Assembly: GCA_045863235.1 (NCBI GenBank)
Contig: BTUM01000005.1
Span: 129,154 to 193,153, forward strand
Direction of reading: 5' to 3'
Source of the DNA: Candidatus Xenobia bacterium
GTDB lineage: Bacteria > Vulcanimicrobiota > Xenobia > Xenobiales > QWHO01
Length of the DNA stretch: 64,000 nt
Part shown: piece by piece, positions 6,908 to 16,879 of the stretch
Layout of the letters: every line of letters starts with the position of its first letter
Position numbering within the stretch: position 1 is the first letter of the stretch
Notes under the pieces: generated by a model
What the model was told of the DNA's origin: nothing
The model's database searches: none
Seen by the model: the letters and a program-made list of their open reading frames with translations, nothing else
Program-made: the position numbers and the translations under genes

Positions 6908-9900
6908 ATGAAGCCTCGTATTTTTGCGCTGTTTTTCCTCTTTGTTCTGATGGTTGGCTGTTCGGGCTCGGACGCCCCCGCCAGCACCCCGGCTGGGAAC
7001 ACCCTCATTCAGCCGGTCGGCGACTTCGTGTTGCGCGAGGACCTGCAGGTTCTTCCGGCCGATGGCTCGGTGGTGGTGCAGACGATCACCGACGAGCAGG
7101 TGGTGCTGACCGGCACCGTGCCCACCATCACTCCTGGCGGCGCACTGATGATGAACTCCGGTCAGCAGCAGTTCATCCGACGGGTGGTCTCGGTCAGCGA
7201 GCAGCCCGATGGGAGCGTGGTGGTGGTGACCACCCCGGGCAGCCTGCTCGACGTCTTCGTGTCGGCCGACATCGAGCAGACCGAGATTTTAGGCGCCGAG
7301 GCCCTGCGAGGGATCCAGCCGGTCATGGAGGGGGTCACCATCGGCGAGCCGGTCGCCAACCGGGTGGAGGGCGGCTTCTCGCTGCCCATCAAGTTCGAGA
7401 ACGCCCCCCTCACCGACCGCAACGGCAACGTGCTCGCCCGCGCCAACGGCGACATCAGCGTGACCTTTGGCTTTGAGACGGCGCTGCAGTTCAATGCCAG
7501 CAAGTTCCTCAATCCTCCCACCACCATCGAGCACCTCAAGCTGGCGCCGTTCGTGCAGGCCAGGGGCAATCTCCAGGTGGAAGGCCTGGCGGCCGGAGAC
7601 TTCGAGCAAGAGTACGTGGTGGCCAGTTTCCCCGGCGGCATCCCTCTGGCTGGCTTCGGCCCGGTCAGCATCACCGCCAACCTGGATCTGCTGGCCTACG
7701 CCAACGGCAGCATCAACGTCAGCGGCACCACCGGCTTCAATGCCGACATCTTCGCCACGTTCGGCATCCAGGCGTTCGACGGCAATTTTGGCGTTTTCAA
7801 CCCCGCTCCCGAAGCCACTTTCAACGTGACTCCTCCGGACGTGCAGGGCACGGCCCAGTTCTCGCTCTCGCTGGCTCGCCCCAAAGTCAGCATCAGCGTG
7901 CTCGGCCTGGGTGACGCCCATGTCAAGGCCGACGTAGTGCGAGCCGGGCTGCAAGCCTCCTTTACGAACACCCCCGAGCCGGGCTACAGCATCGGGGCCG
8001 TGGGGGAATTCGAAGTGCTGGCCGGCGCCACCATCAAGATCGGGCCCTTCGGCATTCCTCCCTTCCAGATCCCCGACCGCACGATCTTCAACCAGACCCT
8101 GCCTGTGGCCACCTTCCGTTACGCCGTGGGAGATCCGATCTTCTTGCCGCGCGCGGGGGCGGGCAGCAACCCGTTTGTGGCAACCTTCCTGATCCCCACG
8201 GCGCCCCAACTCCGGCCCGGCGAGTATGGCTTCGTGCTTGCCCAGGGCCTCAAGTTCCTCGGACCCCTGCCTCTGGTGATTCCTCAGGATGTCAACTGGA
8301 GCAGCAGCAACGGCAACGTCATCGAGGTCTTGTCGAGCAGCGGCATTTTTACCCTGGTGCGGGCCCGGCAGGCAGGCACCGCCCGCATCACCTCCACCGC
8401 CACCGGCTCGCCGGGGGGGGCGCTGGACCTGACGGTACTGAATGCCCCCCTGAGCTCACTGCGCATCGAGCCTCCCGGGGCTGACATCACCAACCGCGCC
8501 TCGTTGCAGGCCCGGGCCATCGGCACCTACGCCGACGGCACCCAGGTGGACGTGACGGATTTCGTGGAATGGGCTTCCAGCAACAGCGGTCTGGCCATCG
8601 TGACGCCGCGTGGCGAGGTCCAGGCCAGATCGGACGCGACTTCGAATCGAGGCGGCCTGCTGCAGTCGGCGGCCACCGGCCAGATCACGCTCTCGGCCCG
8701 TTTCCGAGGCCAGCGGGCCACCGCCGACATCGGCATCAACACCCCGCGCATCACCCAGCTCTTCTTGCTGCGGGGCCCCGCGCCCAACTTCAGCCTGACC
8801 CTGCCGGCCGAGATCTTCCCCGGCGATGGGGTCCAGATGGAAGCGGTGGCCTTCTTCGCCGATGGAACCCGACGGGTGATCACCAGCGAGGTGCAGTGGA
8901 GCTCGGATGATGAGTTCGTGGCCGAGGTGACCCCTGCCGGGCTGATCAACGCCATCTCCTCGGGCAACACGCGCATCCGAGCCCGCCTCAACGATCTCGA
9001 GCGCCAGTTCTTTCTGCGCGTAGACGAGGGCATCGTGGACTCGCTGGAGGTCACTCCCAGCGAGGTCACGCTGGCGCCCGGTCAGCGCGTGCCGCTCAAC
9101 GTCTTTGCTAACTTCGCCGGCGGGGGTCGCAGCGACGTGACCGCCCTGGCCCGCGTGCGCAGCATCATCGGCGAGGTGGCCGGTTACGACCAGGCCAGTC
9201 ACGAGCTGATCGCCAGGAATACCGGCATTTCGCTCTTCTATGTCACCTACGGGGGGAGCGGGGCCCTGATGGCAGTGCTGGTGCTGCCCAACCAGGCCAG
9301 CCACCTCTTCGTGGCCAACACCCTGGTTCCGGGCATCGCGGTCACCACCGTGGGAGCCGACGGCGGGTTGACGGCCGTGACCGGGTCTCCGTTCGCCCTG
9401 CCCATCCGCCCGTTCGAGTTGTTGCGCCTGGGCGACTTCGTGGTCGCCTCGCTGAGCAGCAACGCCCCCAACCAGCTTTCGGTCAACCGCTACGACCCCG
9501 ACAGCGGGGCTCTGAGCCCAGCGGGCTCGGTCCCCCTGACCGGAAATTTCTTCCAGCCGCTTCCGATGGACCAGCTCGATGCCAACACGATGGTGGTGGT
9601 GGAGGGCTTCCAGAACCTGATCCGGCTGCTCGTGATGGATCTCGCTACCGGGGCGCTGGTCGAGCATGACCAGGAGGTGGTGGTAGGCACCGGTCCGGTG
9701 GACGTGGCCGTGAGCCCCGGCTCGGGCGCCAACCCGACCCTGGTCTTCGTCGCCAACCAGAACTCCAACGATGTCACGGTTTACCTGGCTGACCTCAATA
9801 CAGGCCAGCTCACGCTGGTGCCCGGGTCACCCTTCCCCAACCCCGTGGCGGGCGATCAGATCGGGGCCGTCGAGGTGGTGCAGGACAATCTCTACGTGAC

Positions 9901-10315
9901 CAACCGGGTCAGCAACACCATCACGCGCTACACCATCAACCTGACCACCGGGGTGCTCACCCCCGGGACGCCCTTTGCCTGTGGCGGCGTGCTGCCCGGG
10001 CGGATGACCCGGCTGGAGACCCCGGCGGCACTCTTTTTATACTGCGCCAACTCGGGCAGCTCCAACGTGACCGGCTTTCAGGTCAACCCGACCAACGGGG
10101 CGCTCACCCCGCTGGCCGGCTTCCCGGTGGCGGCCGGGGGCAACAACCCGCACCAGTTCACCCAGGTCTCGTTGCCCGACGGAACGGTGGTGCTCTACCT
10201 GACCACCTCCAACCAGGTCTCGGGCTTTGAGGTGGACACGACCAGCGGGGCCCTCACTCCGCTGGCGGGCAGCCCCTTCGGCGGATTCTCCAGCCCGGAC
10301 GGCATCGCCGACTGA
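6908..10315 (+). CDS. Large surface lipoprotein with Ig-like (Big_2) repeats and C-terminal lactonase-like beta-propeller
   Basis: MKPRIFALFFLFVLMVGC signal/lipobox; repeated VxWSSS Ig motifs; TGALTPLAGSPF blades. Confidence 0.85.
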   Translation: MKPRIFALFFLFVLMVGCSGSDAPASTPAGNTLIQPVGDFVLREDLQVLPADGSVVVQTITDEQVVLTGTVPTITPGGALMMNSGQQQFIRRVVSVSEQPDGSVVVVTTPGSLLDVFVSADIEQTEILGAEALRGIQPVMEGVTIGEPVANRVEGGFSLPIKFENAPLTDRNGNVLARANGDISVTFGFETALQFNASKFLNPPTTIEHLKLAPFVQARGNLQVEGLAAGDFEQEYVVASFPGGIPLAGFGPVSITANLDLLAYANGSINVSGTTGFNADIFATFGIQAFDGNFGVFNPAPEATFNVTPPDVQGTAQFSLSLARPKVSISVLGLGDAHVKADVVRAGLQASFTNTPEPGYSIGAVGEFEVLAGATIKIGPFGIPPFQIPDRTIFNQTLPVATFRYAVGDPIFLPRAGAGSNPFVATFLIPTAPQLRPGEYGFVLAQGLKFLGPLPLVIPQDVNWSSSNGNVIEVLSSSGIFTLVRARQAGTARITSTATGSPGGALDLTVLNAPLSSLRIEPPGADITNRASLQARAIGTYADGTQVDVTDFVEWASSNSGLAIVTPRGEVQARSDATSNRGGLLQSAATGQITLSARFRGQRATADIGINTPRITQLFLLRGPAPNFSLTLPAEIFPGDGVQMEAVAFFADGTRRVITSEVQWSSDDEFVAEVTPAGLINAISSGNTRIRARLNDLERQFFLRVDEGIVDSLEVTPSEVTLAPGQRVPLNVFANFAGGGRSDVTALARVRSIIGEVAGYDQASHELIARNTGISLFYVTYGGSGALMAVLVLPNQASHLFVANTLVPGIAVTTVGADGGLTAVTGSPFALPIRPFELLRLGDFVVASLSSNAPNQLSVNRYDPDSGALSPAGSVPLTGNFFQPLPMDQLDANTMVVVEGFQNLIRLLVMDLATGALVEHDQEVVVGTGPVDVAVSPGSGANPTLVFVANQNSNDVTVYLADLNTGQLTLVPGSPFPNPVAGDQIGAVEVVQDNLYVTNRVSNTITRYTINLTTGVLTPGTPFACGGVLPGRMTRLETPAALFLYCANSGSSNVTGFQVNPTNGALTPLAGFPVAAGGNNPHQFTQVSLPDGTVVLYLTTSNQVSGFEVDTTSGALTPLAGSPFGGFSSPDGIAD

Positions 10316-10473
10316 CCCGGGCCGAGCACCTGGCTGGCCTGGCCCGGGCCCTCGGGGGCGCGCCACCGCGCTGGTGGAGCGACCTTGAGGGTCCCAGTCC
10401 GGACTGGGATGCTCTGGCAGGTCGACTCCTGGCACGGTGGCGTTCGCGGGCGCTTGCAGCCTCGCGCTCTCGG

Positions 10474-12294
10474 ATGCGCTCTCCTCTTTATGCCGAGCGA
10501 AAAACTCTGCCTTTTGGAGGGGAAGCCCTCTACACCTATGAGCGCAGCCTCTGGCCCGTGCCGCTGGAAAACTGCCAGCCACCCCCGCCTGGCTGGGAGG
10601 GCGAAGCTCTGCTGTGTCGCAGCCTCCAGGCGGCTTACGCGACCCTCTTCGTCAGTTTGTGCGACCTTCTTGAGGAGCTGCTGCAGGTTCGCTGCTGGAA
10701 GGCTCCCGCCAGCCTCGGAGCGCTGCTCGACTGCCTGGCTCCCGGTCGCTGGTCGAGCGCCTTCCGGCCGGCCACTCTGCACAGCAGCATGGCTTCGCGG
10801 CGGGCCAATGTCTTCGTGCTGGACGCACTCGACTGGGAACGCGGAGAGGTTCGTCCCACCGGCGTGCTGGTGCTCGACTTGAGCAGGCGGCCGGACTTTC
10901 CGCTGCTCGACCTGCTCGACGATTGTGAATGCTGGCTGGTGGCCACTGTGCAACGCTGGCGGGCGCCCGAGCTCTCGAGCCCGGCCCTGCTCAGCCTGTA
11001 TGCGCGCCAGTGGCAGGGCGAGGGACTCTCGACCCTGGGGGCGGCCAGCGAGCTGGCGCGGCGGGTGCGCTCGGTGGTGGGCGCCAGCCCCACCCTTACG
11101 CAGCTCTGGGAGTGGAGCCTGCCCGACCGGGATCTGACCGCCTACCGCGAACGCGCCCCGGCACCCCGACGCCCTGCCCGCGGTTGGCCCCCGCAGCCCA
11201 CCTTGGGCCAGAGCGAGAGCGCCTGGTTGGGCGAGCTGAGGAAGTGGCGTCGGAGCACTCTGGCCCTGGCCGACCGCTCCCGGCCGGTGGAGCTGCGGGC
11301 ACTGGAGCAGCGCTTGCAGGCCTACGAGGAGGTCCCCATCGAGCCGCTGCTCTTCTCCAGCGCCATGGCGGCGCTGGCCGCCCTGGCCGTACTGATGCCT
11401 CGTCTCAGCTCCCAGGCGGCCTACTTCGAGACCGCTTTCCTCTTGAAGGTGCTGAGGGTCAGCGGGCAGGACGTGCAGTGGCTCGAGTCGGTGCGCTACG
11501 ACTGGGAGCTCACTCCCTGGAGCCTGGAACTCCCCTTCCAGAGCCCGGTGCTGGTGGTGGACACCACGCTGACGGGCAATCGTTTTCGCCTGAGCAACCT
11601 GTGGGAGCGCCATCGGCCCCAGCTGGCGGTGCGCGTCTTCTCTGCCCTGAAGCTGGACCAGCGCGGCCAGGAGCTGGAGAATGTGGGAGCGGTGCTTTTG
11701 TCGGGCTCTCCCGGGGTGGTGGCTCCGGTGGCCCAGGCCCTCAGGGCGCTGCGCACGGCCTGCGGCACCGAGCCGGATTGCGCCCGACTATCTCCCGACT
11801 GGGTGCTCGACCCCAACGACCCCCATGCCGAGGCGGTCCTGGAGAGCAATGCCTGGCTGGCCGCCCGCCTGCAGCCCGGCGGGCTGCTCCGGCGGGTGGC
11901 GCACCCCTCTTTGACCAGCTCGCTCCCCTGGGCCTGCGCGCCGTTCGTGGTGCTGCACCTGGTGGATGACAGCCATCCCTGGATCACGGCCGCGATCGAG
12001 CGTGAAGCCCGCGCTCTTCCCTTTCGCCGGGGCGCCAGCTTCGGCTTCGTGGACCACCGCCACGAGTCCATCATCCCCGTGTTGCGCGAGCAGCGCCCGT
12101 TATTCAAGGTGGCCATGGGCAGCTCACCCGGGCCTTCTCGTCAGGCTGTGCTGGAGATCTTGCAGCGAGTGCTCTCCCATTGTTCCGTCGGTGCGCTGCG
12201 GCGGGCCTACCCGGGTCTGCGACCGGCTCAAGTGGCCCGGGACTGGTCCGCCCCCAGCCCGCGGATGCTGCGTTTTCTTGCAGATTTGCTCTAG
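10474..12294 (+). CDS. Divergent Cys/Met-metabolism PLP-dependent enzyme-like protein with long N-terminal extension
   Basis: FSSAMAAL, AYFET, VVDTT, SALKLDQ, GASFG occur in the same order as MetB motifs TSSGMAAL, CYGGT, AADNT, STTKYLN, AESLG; start uncertain. Confidence 0.55.
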   Translation: MRSPLYAERKTLPFGGEALYTYERSLWPVPLENCQPPPPGWEGEALLCRSLQAAYATLFVSLCDLLEELLQVRCWKAPASLGALLDCLAPGRWSSAFRPATLHSSMASRRANVFVLDALDWERGEVRPTGVLVLDLSRRPDFPLLDLLDDCECWLVATVQRWRAPELSSPALLSLYARQWQGEGLSTLGAASELARRVRSVVGASPTLTQLWEWSLPDRDLTAYRERAPAPRRPARGWPPQPTLGQSESAWLGELRKWRRSTLALADRSRPVELRALEQRLQAYEEVPIEPLLFSSAMAALAALAVLMPRLSSQAAYFETAFLLKVLRVSGQDVQWLESVRYDWELTPWSLELPFQSPVLVVDTTLTGNRFRLSNLWERHRPQLAVRVFSALKLDQRGQELENVGAVLLSGSPGVVAPVAQALRALRTACGTEPDCARLSPDWVLDPNDPHAEAVLESNAWLAARLQPGGLLRRVAHPSLTSSLPWACAPFVVLHLVDDSHPWITAAIEREARALPFRRGASFGFVDHRHESIIPVLREQRPLFKVAMGSSPGPSRQAVLEILQRVLSHCSVGALRRAYPGLRPAQVARDWSAPSPRMLRFLADLL

Positions 12295-12529
12295 GGTCTC
12301 ATTTGCACCCGGGGCGCGATGAAAACTCCGCGGTTCTTCCCTGAGGCGGAGAGTTCTAATGTCAACAGACCCCGGCTCAGGCCTGTCCATGCTCGAGCAA
12401 CCGTAGCTCGCTTTCCTCGCGCTTATCGCGGCCGCCCCGCACATTCGCTCACGGGCGTCGTTGATGGCCGGGGTGTAAGGGAAGGCGCATCCCTTCTGAT
12501 GGAGCGAGCCGAGTGCACGACCTGCGACG

Positions 12530-13669
12530 TCAGTCGGGCAGATGCACGTGCATGTGAGGGCCGGTTTTTTGTGGGCTGTCGTAGAGGTATTCGTTATAGG
12601 GCTGCATCCCGGATTCCCAGGATAGTCGCTCCACGATTTTGGATTCTCTCAGGCTCAGCGGCAGAACCACGAAGTCCACTGCCAGGCCACGCCCGTGCCG
12701 ATCGGCCGGGTTGCGGTTGGCCATCGTCGAGGTGATCACCACCTGGCGTTCAGGAAACGTCTCCTTCAGGCGCCTTTCCAGACGCTGAAAGGCAAGGGCT
12801 GTATCCGCGCGCATGCTGAAGCCGCGATGACGCACGATGGTGCTCGGGAGTTGTCTTGCCAGCGCGGGATCGTCCTGACTTGTGTCCACCCGCACCACGA
12901 CGCGCTCGGGAAAGCCCACTCTTAGATCGGAGACAGACAGGCCGGCTGAGCGGGCCAGATGGGCGCGCTGATGCTCGGGCATCGCGGAAGCCTGATCGGC
13001 CGTCACCAGCCCGCCGGTATCCTTCCAGCGGCCGCCAGAGAAGAGCTGACCGGCCACCGGTCGGTGGCCGAAGGACCGGGCGCCGTCAATCTCCACCCCA
13101 AGACTGCGCTGAGTGTCCAGGGGCTCTCCTGGGAAGGATCCGGGCACGGCCGGGTAGATCAGGGCTTGCTCGGGACGACCGCTGGCCACCCCCTCGGGCT
13201 GAGCGCCGGCGCGCTGCAGGAAGTGCTTCTGTTGGGCCGGGGGCATGGCGGCGTACTGATCGGCCGTTACGTAAGTCTGGGTATCCGCCCAGTTCCCGGA
13301 ACGGTCAAAGTAGACTCCGTTCCTGGCGGTGTGGCCGAAGGTGCGCCAGCGAGTGGCCGGCACATGGCCCGGGCTGAGCCCGTCATCGGCCACCTCCGAG
13401 GTCCCTCGTAGGGCCAGCGCGGGCCGAGGATCCATCGCTTGCGCCGCCAGGGTGATCTGGATCGGCTCCAGGGGCTCCCGCGGCTGGCTGGGGAGAAGGC
13501 TAAGACTGCCGGCAACTAACGCCCCGATGGCCACAGCTTGCTTCCAGCCCGAGGCGGAACTGGGTAGCGAGCTCGACCAGACCATCTGATCGGGGCTCTG
13601 GGCAGCTATCGGCCGCGCCGGTTGGGAGAGGGCGCTCCAGGCGTTGACCTGTTTCGGGCAAACGATCAC
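12530..13669 (-). CDS. Protein with duplicated ~85-aa domain and C-terminal LAS/M15-like Zn peptidase domain
   Basis: RHGRGLAVD (HxxxxxxD) and HMHVH; two RxFGH...WxDT...VTADQxxAMP repeats; N-terminal hydrophobic helix. Confidence 0.65.
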   Translation of the reverse strand: MIVCPKQVNAWSALSQPARPIAAQSPDQMVWSSSLPSSASGWKQAVAIGALVAGSLSLLPSQPREPLEPIQITLAAQAMDPRPALALRGTSEVADDGLSPGHVPATRWRTFGHTARNGVYFDRSGNWADTQTYVTADQYAAMPPAQQKHFLQRAGAQPEGVASGRPEQALIYPAVPGSFPGEPLDTQRSLGVEIDGARSFGHRPVAGQLFSGGRWKDTGGLVTADQASAMPEHQRAHLARSAGLSVSDLRVGFPERVVVRVDTSQDDPALARQLPSTIVRHRGFSMRADTALAFQRLERRLKETFPERQVVITSTMANRNPADRHGRGLAVDFVVLPLSLRESKIVERLSWESGMQPYNEYLYDSPQKTGPHMHVHLPD

Positions 13670-13675
13670 AGCCTC

Positions 13676-13708
13676 ATCCTATTCGAGAGGTCTGAAAAGT
13701 CCCTGACG
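13676..13708 (-). promoter_or_regulatory. 11-bp-period direct-repeat box (class A) plus -10 element
   Basis: CGTCAG-N5-TTTCAG-N10-TAGGAT, 6 nt before GTG. Confidence 0.55.
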
Positions 13709-13884
13709 GCCAGGCTCACTCCTGGCCTTGAGGAGGGGGAGGCCCGCCCAGGCCAGCACGCGCTCGAGGGTCGAGCCGAGAAAGGCATCCCCGAGGCTGT
13801 CGTGGCCGTTGCTGTTACCGGCGCTCAATTCTTACACCCTCCTTCCGCAGGGCCGACCCCGCCCGACGTCCAACAGTCTGGGCC

Positions 13885-14226
13885 ATGGATTCCCTGGCAC
13901 GAATCGTGCGAGAGCTCATCGAACGAGCCCGCGCCGGCCCGCTCTCGGACGAGCGCCAGATGGTGGCCAACATGGTCTACATCCGCGAGCAACTCGAGGC
14001 CATGCACCAGCGCCACGGCGAGCCCCGCGATCAGCCTGAGGAAGAGGAGCTGCGCAATGACCTGCGCGAGACCGTGGACCAACTCTACCGGGGGCTCGAA
14101 GACCTCGAACAGGGGATATTGGACCGGAACGACGAGCTGCTCGAGATCGCCCGAACCACTCTGCTCGCCGCTCTGAAAGCGCTGGCGGGGCTGGAGCAAC
14201 GGGCCGACAACCTGGCTGCCGAGTAG
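13885..14226 (+). CDS. Hypothetical helical protein (113 aa)
   Basis: Codon usage typical of the window; acidic amphipathic helices. Confidence 0.7.
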   Translation: MDSLARIVRELIERARAGPLSDERQMVANMVYIREQLEAMHQRHGEPRDQPEEEELRNDLRETVDQLYRGLEDLEQGILDRNDELLEIARTTLLAALKALAGLEQRADNLAAE

Positions 14227-14229
14227 CTG

Positions 14230-14258
14230 TTTACGAATCGGCAATCTGGCGGTATACT
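14230..14258 (+). promoter_or_regulatory. Sigma70-type promoter
   Basis: TTTACG-17-TATACT. Confidence 0.6.
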
Positions 14259-14291
14259 ATGGGGAAATACTCCCCGAGGAGGCCTCTCGCC

Positions 14292-14684
14292 TTGGCAGTC
14301 ATCGGCGGCTCTCCCTTTCAGCAGAACCCTCTGGGTTTCAACACCGGTCTTTCCACGCCCGGAGTCGGCCCGGCCGGCAGCCTGGCCTTCACGGCCCCGA
14401 TGGGCCCCGGTGGGCTCAACTACGGCGGCCAGGTCATGTCCGAAGTCGACCTGCTGGTGGCGTTGATGAAGTTGCTGCAGCAAGGACAGAGTTGTCCCTC
14501 CGGTCAGTGCGCCGCGCCTGCCTCCACCAGCCCCGGCTTGCAGTCGGCCGCTGGCAAGGGTGGCGGGGCCCTGGCCAAGGCCGCTGGCAAAGGCGGCGGA
14601 GGAGCCCGGCCTCAGGCGCCCGCCCTCGCAGCCGCTGCGGGTAAGGGTGCCCCGGCCCTCAAGCAGGCCACCGGCAAGGCCTGA
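14292..14684 (+). CDS. Low-complexity Gly/Ala/Pro-rich protein with AAGKG repeats
   Basis: GAGGAGG RBS before TTG 14292; downstream of the promoter. Confidence 0.65.
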   Translation: MAVIGGSPFQQNPLGFNTGLSTPGVGPAGSLAFTAPMGPGGLNYGGQVMSEVDLLVALMKLLQQGQSCPSGQCAAPASTSPGLQSAAGKGGGALAKAAGKGGGGARPQAPALAAAAGKGAPALKQATGKA

Positions 14685-14801
14685 GCACGATTCAGCCGCC
14701 GGTAACCGTTTCCGGCTGATTGTGCTGGAAGCCCGTCGCGAGTCGCGGTGCGTACTCCCGCAGGCCCTCCGAGTGCTGACGCCGAACCTCCCGCAACCCC
14801 G

Positions 14802-16730
14802 ATGACAGACTCGGAGCTCTATCGCGCCCTCTTGCTCCCCCGCCGCATCGAGGAGCGAATGCTTCTCTTGCTGCGTCAGGGCACCCTGAGCAAGTGGTTC
14901 TCCGGCATCGGTCAGGAGGCCGTGGCGGTGGGCGTGGCCACGGCCCTCGAGTCTGACGACGCCATCTTGCCCATGCACCGCAACCTGGGTGTCTTCACCG
15001 CGCGAGGGCTGGATCTGGCCGAGCTGTTCCGCCAGCTCCTCGGACGTGAGAGCACCCTCACCCACGGTCGCGACCGCAGCTTTCATTTTGGCTCTCCCTC
15101 CCACCACATCATCGGGATGATCAGTCATCTGGCGGCCATGCTTCCGGTGGCCTGCGGGCTGGGGCTGGCCTATCGCCTGCGAGGCGAGCAGCGAGTCGTG
15201 GCCGCCTTCACCGGCGATGGTGCGGCCAGCCAGGGCGACGTGCACGAGTCCCTGAACCTGGCTGCGGTCTGGAAGCTGCCCGTGATCTTCTGCCTGGAGA
15301 ACAACCAGTACGCCCTCTCCACCCCCTTCGAGCAGCAGTGCAGCGTGGCCGACCTGGCCGGTCGGGCGGCCGGCTACGGCATCCCGGGCGTGGTTTGCGA
15401 CGGAAACGACGTCAGGGCGGTTCGGACCGCCGTACAGGAGGCCGCCGGGCGGGCTCGTGCCGGAGAGGGTCCGACCCTGATCGAGTTCAAGACCTTCCGG
15501 GTCCGCGGGCATGAGGAAGCCTCCGGCACGGCCTACGTCCCCCCGGAGTTGATCGAGGAGTGGAAGGGCAGGGACCCTGTCGTTCGCCTGGCGGACCAGG
15601 TTCCCCCAGAGGAGCGTGAGCGGCTTTCAGACGAGCTCGATGGGCTGGTGCAACGAGCCCTGGAGGAGGCCCTGGCCACCCCCCGGCCCGCCTCGACTCC
15701 TGATCGCGAGCTGGCCGACGTCTACGTGTCGCCGGGCCTTCTCGAGCCCGACCGGCTCTCCGCCTCGACGCGCGAGCTGCGCTACGTGGATGCCCTGCGC
15801 GAAGGGATGCGCCTGGCCCTGGCAAGCCAGCCCCGCTGCCTGATCATGGGCCAGGACGTGGGCCATTATGGCGGAGTCTTCAAGGCCACCGAGGGACTGT
15901 TAGAGGAATTCGGACCCGAGAGGGTGCGCAACACGCCCTTGATCGAGTCGGGAGCGGTGGGCGCGGCTCTGGGCCTGGCCCTGGAGGGCTTCCGGCCCAT
16001 CGTGGAGATGCAGTTTGGCGATTTCATCAGCTGCGCCTTCAACCAGATCGTGAACAACCTGGCCAAGACCCGCTATCGCTGGGGGCCGGGCGTGGGCGTG
16101 GTGGTGCGAGCCCCGGTGGGCGGCGGAACAGGAGCAGGGCCCTTCCACTCGCAGAACGTGGAGGCCTATTTCGCCAACGTGGCTGGTCTCAAGATCGTGG
16201 CTCCCTCCACCCCTCACGACGCCAAGGGGCTGCTCCTCTCGGCCGTGGCCGATGGCAATCCGGTTCTGTTCCTGGAGCACAAGCTGCTCTATCGCTCGCT
16301 GAAAGGACCGGTGCCCGAGGGGATCTACGGTGTTCCCATCGGCTCGGCCCGGGTGGTTCGCCCGGGCAGCGCCGCCACGGTGGTCACCTACGGCATCGGC
16401 GTGCACTGGGCTCTGGAGGCGGTCGAGGAGCTGGGGGCCGAGGTGGAGATCGTCGACCTGCGCACGCTGCTGCCCTGGGACCGGGAGACAGTGCTGGGCT
16501 CGGTGCGCAAGACCGGTCGCTGCCTGGTTCTGCACGAGGCTCCCCTGACCGGGGGCTTCGGAGGGGAGCTGGCCGCCAGTATCGGCCAGCACGCCTTCGA
16601 GTGGCTGGATGCGCCGGTGATGCGTCTGGGCTCTCTGGACACGCCCGTACCCTTCGCCCGCGAGTTGGAGGAGGTCTTCTCGGCCCGTCGCGGCCTGCTC
16701 GATGCACTGCGGGACCTGCTGGCATACTGA
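14802..16730 (+). CDS. 2-oxoacid dehydrogenase E1, fused alpha/beta (branched-chain type likely)
   Basis: GQEA, GDGA...NN ThDP motif, GQDVGHYGGVFK, EMQFGDF, GPFHSQ. Confidence 0.95.
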   Translation: MTDSELYRALLLPRRIEERMLLLLRQGTLSKWFSGIGQEAVAVGVATALESDDAILPMHRNLGVFTARGLDLAELFRQLLGRESTLTHGRDRSFHFGSPSHHIIGMISHLAAMLPVACGLGLAYRLRGEQRVVAAFTGDGAASQGDVHESLNLAAVWKLPVIFCLENNQYALSTPFEQQCSVADLAGRAAGYGIPGVVCDGNDVRAVRTAVQEAAGRARAGEGPTLIEFKTFRVRGHEEASGTAYVPPELIEEWKGRDPVVRLADQVPPEERERLSDELDGLVQRALEEALATPRPASTPDRELADVYVSPGLLEPDRLSASTRELRYVDALREGMRLALASQPRCLIMGQDVGHYGGVFKATEGLLEEFGPERVRNTPLIESGAVGAALGLALEGFRPIVEMQFGDFISCAFNQIVNNLAKTRYRWGPGVGVVVRAPVGGGTGAGPFHSQNVEAYFANVAGLKIVAPSTPHDAKGLLLSAVADGNPVLFLEHKLLYRSLKGPVPEGIYGVPIGSARVVRPGSAATVVTYGIGVHWALEAVEELGAEVEIVDLRTLLPWDRETVLGSVRKTGRCLVLHEAPLTGGFGGELAASIGQHAFEWLDAPVMRLGSLDTPVPFARELEEVFSARRGLLDALRDLLAY

Positions 16731-16759
16731 TACCCCGGTCTGCCTGCCCAACGACACTG

Positions 16760-16879
16760 TGCCTCGGGGGCTGCGGCCACAACCACCGGGCGACGCCCCT
16801 CCTGCTCGTGGCCCTGGGGGCGGTGGAGGGGGAGCCTGACAACGAGGACATCCCCAGCCACGACGGCCCGCTCAGGCAC
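16760..16879 (-). pseudogene. Truncated PemK/MazF toxin (first ~40 codons)
   Basis: GDVLVVRLP...PQGHEQEGRRPVVV motif, then the frame runs antisense into the E1 gene; start overlaps the upstream gene stop. Confidence 0.7.

Noticed and set aside
14259..14291. ATG 14259 as the start of the low-complexity protein
   Set aside because: It directly abuts the -10 hexamer; the GAGGAGG RBS fits TTG 14292.
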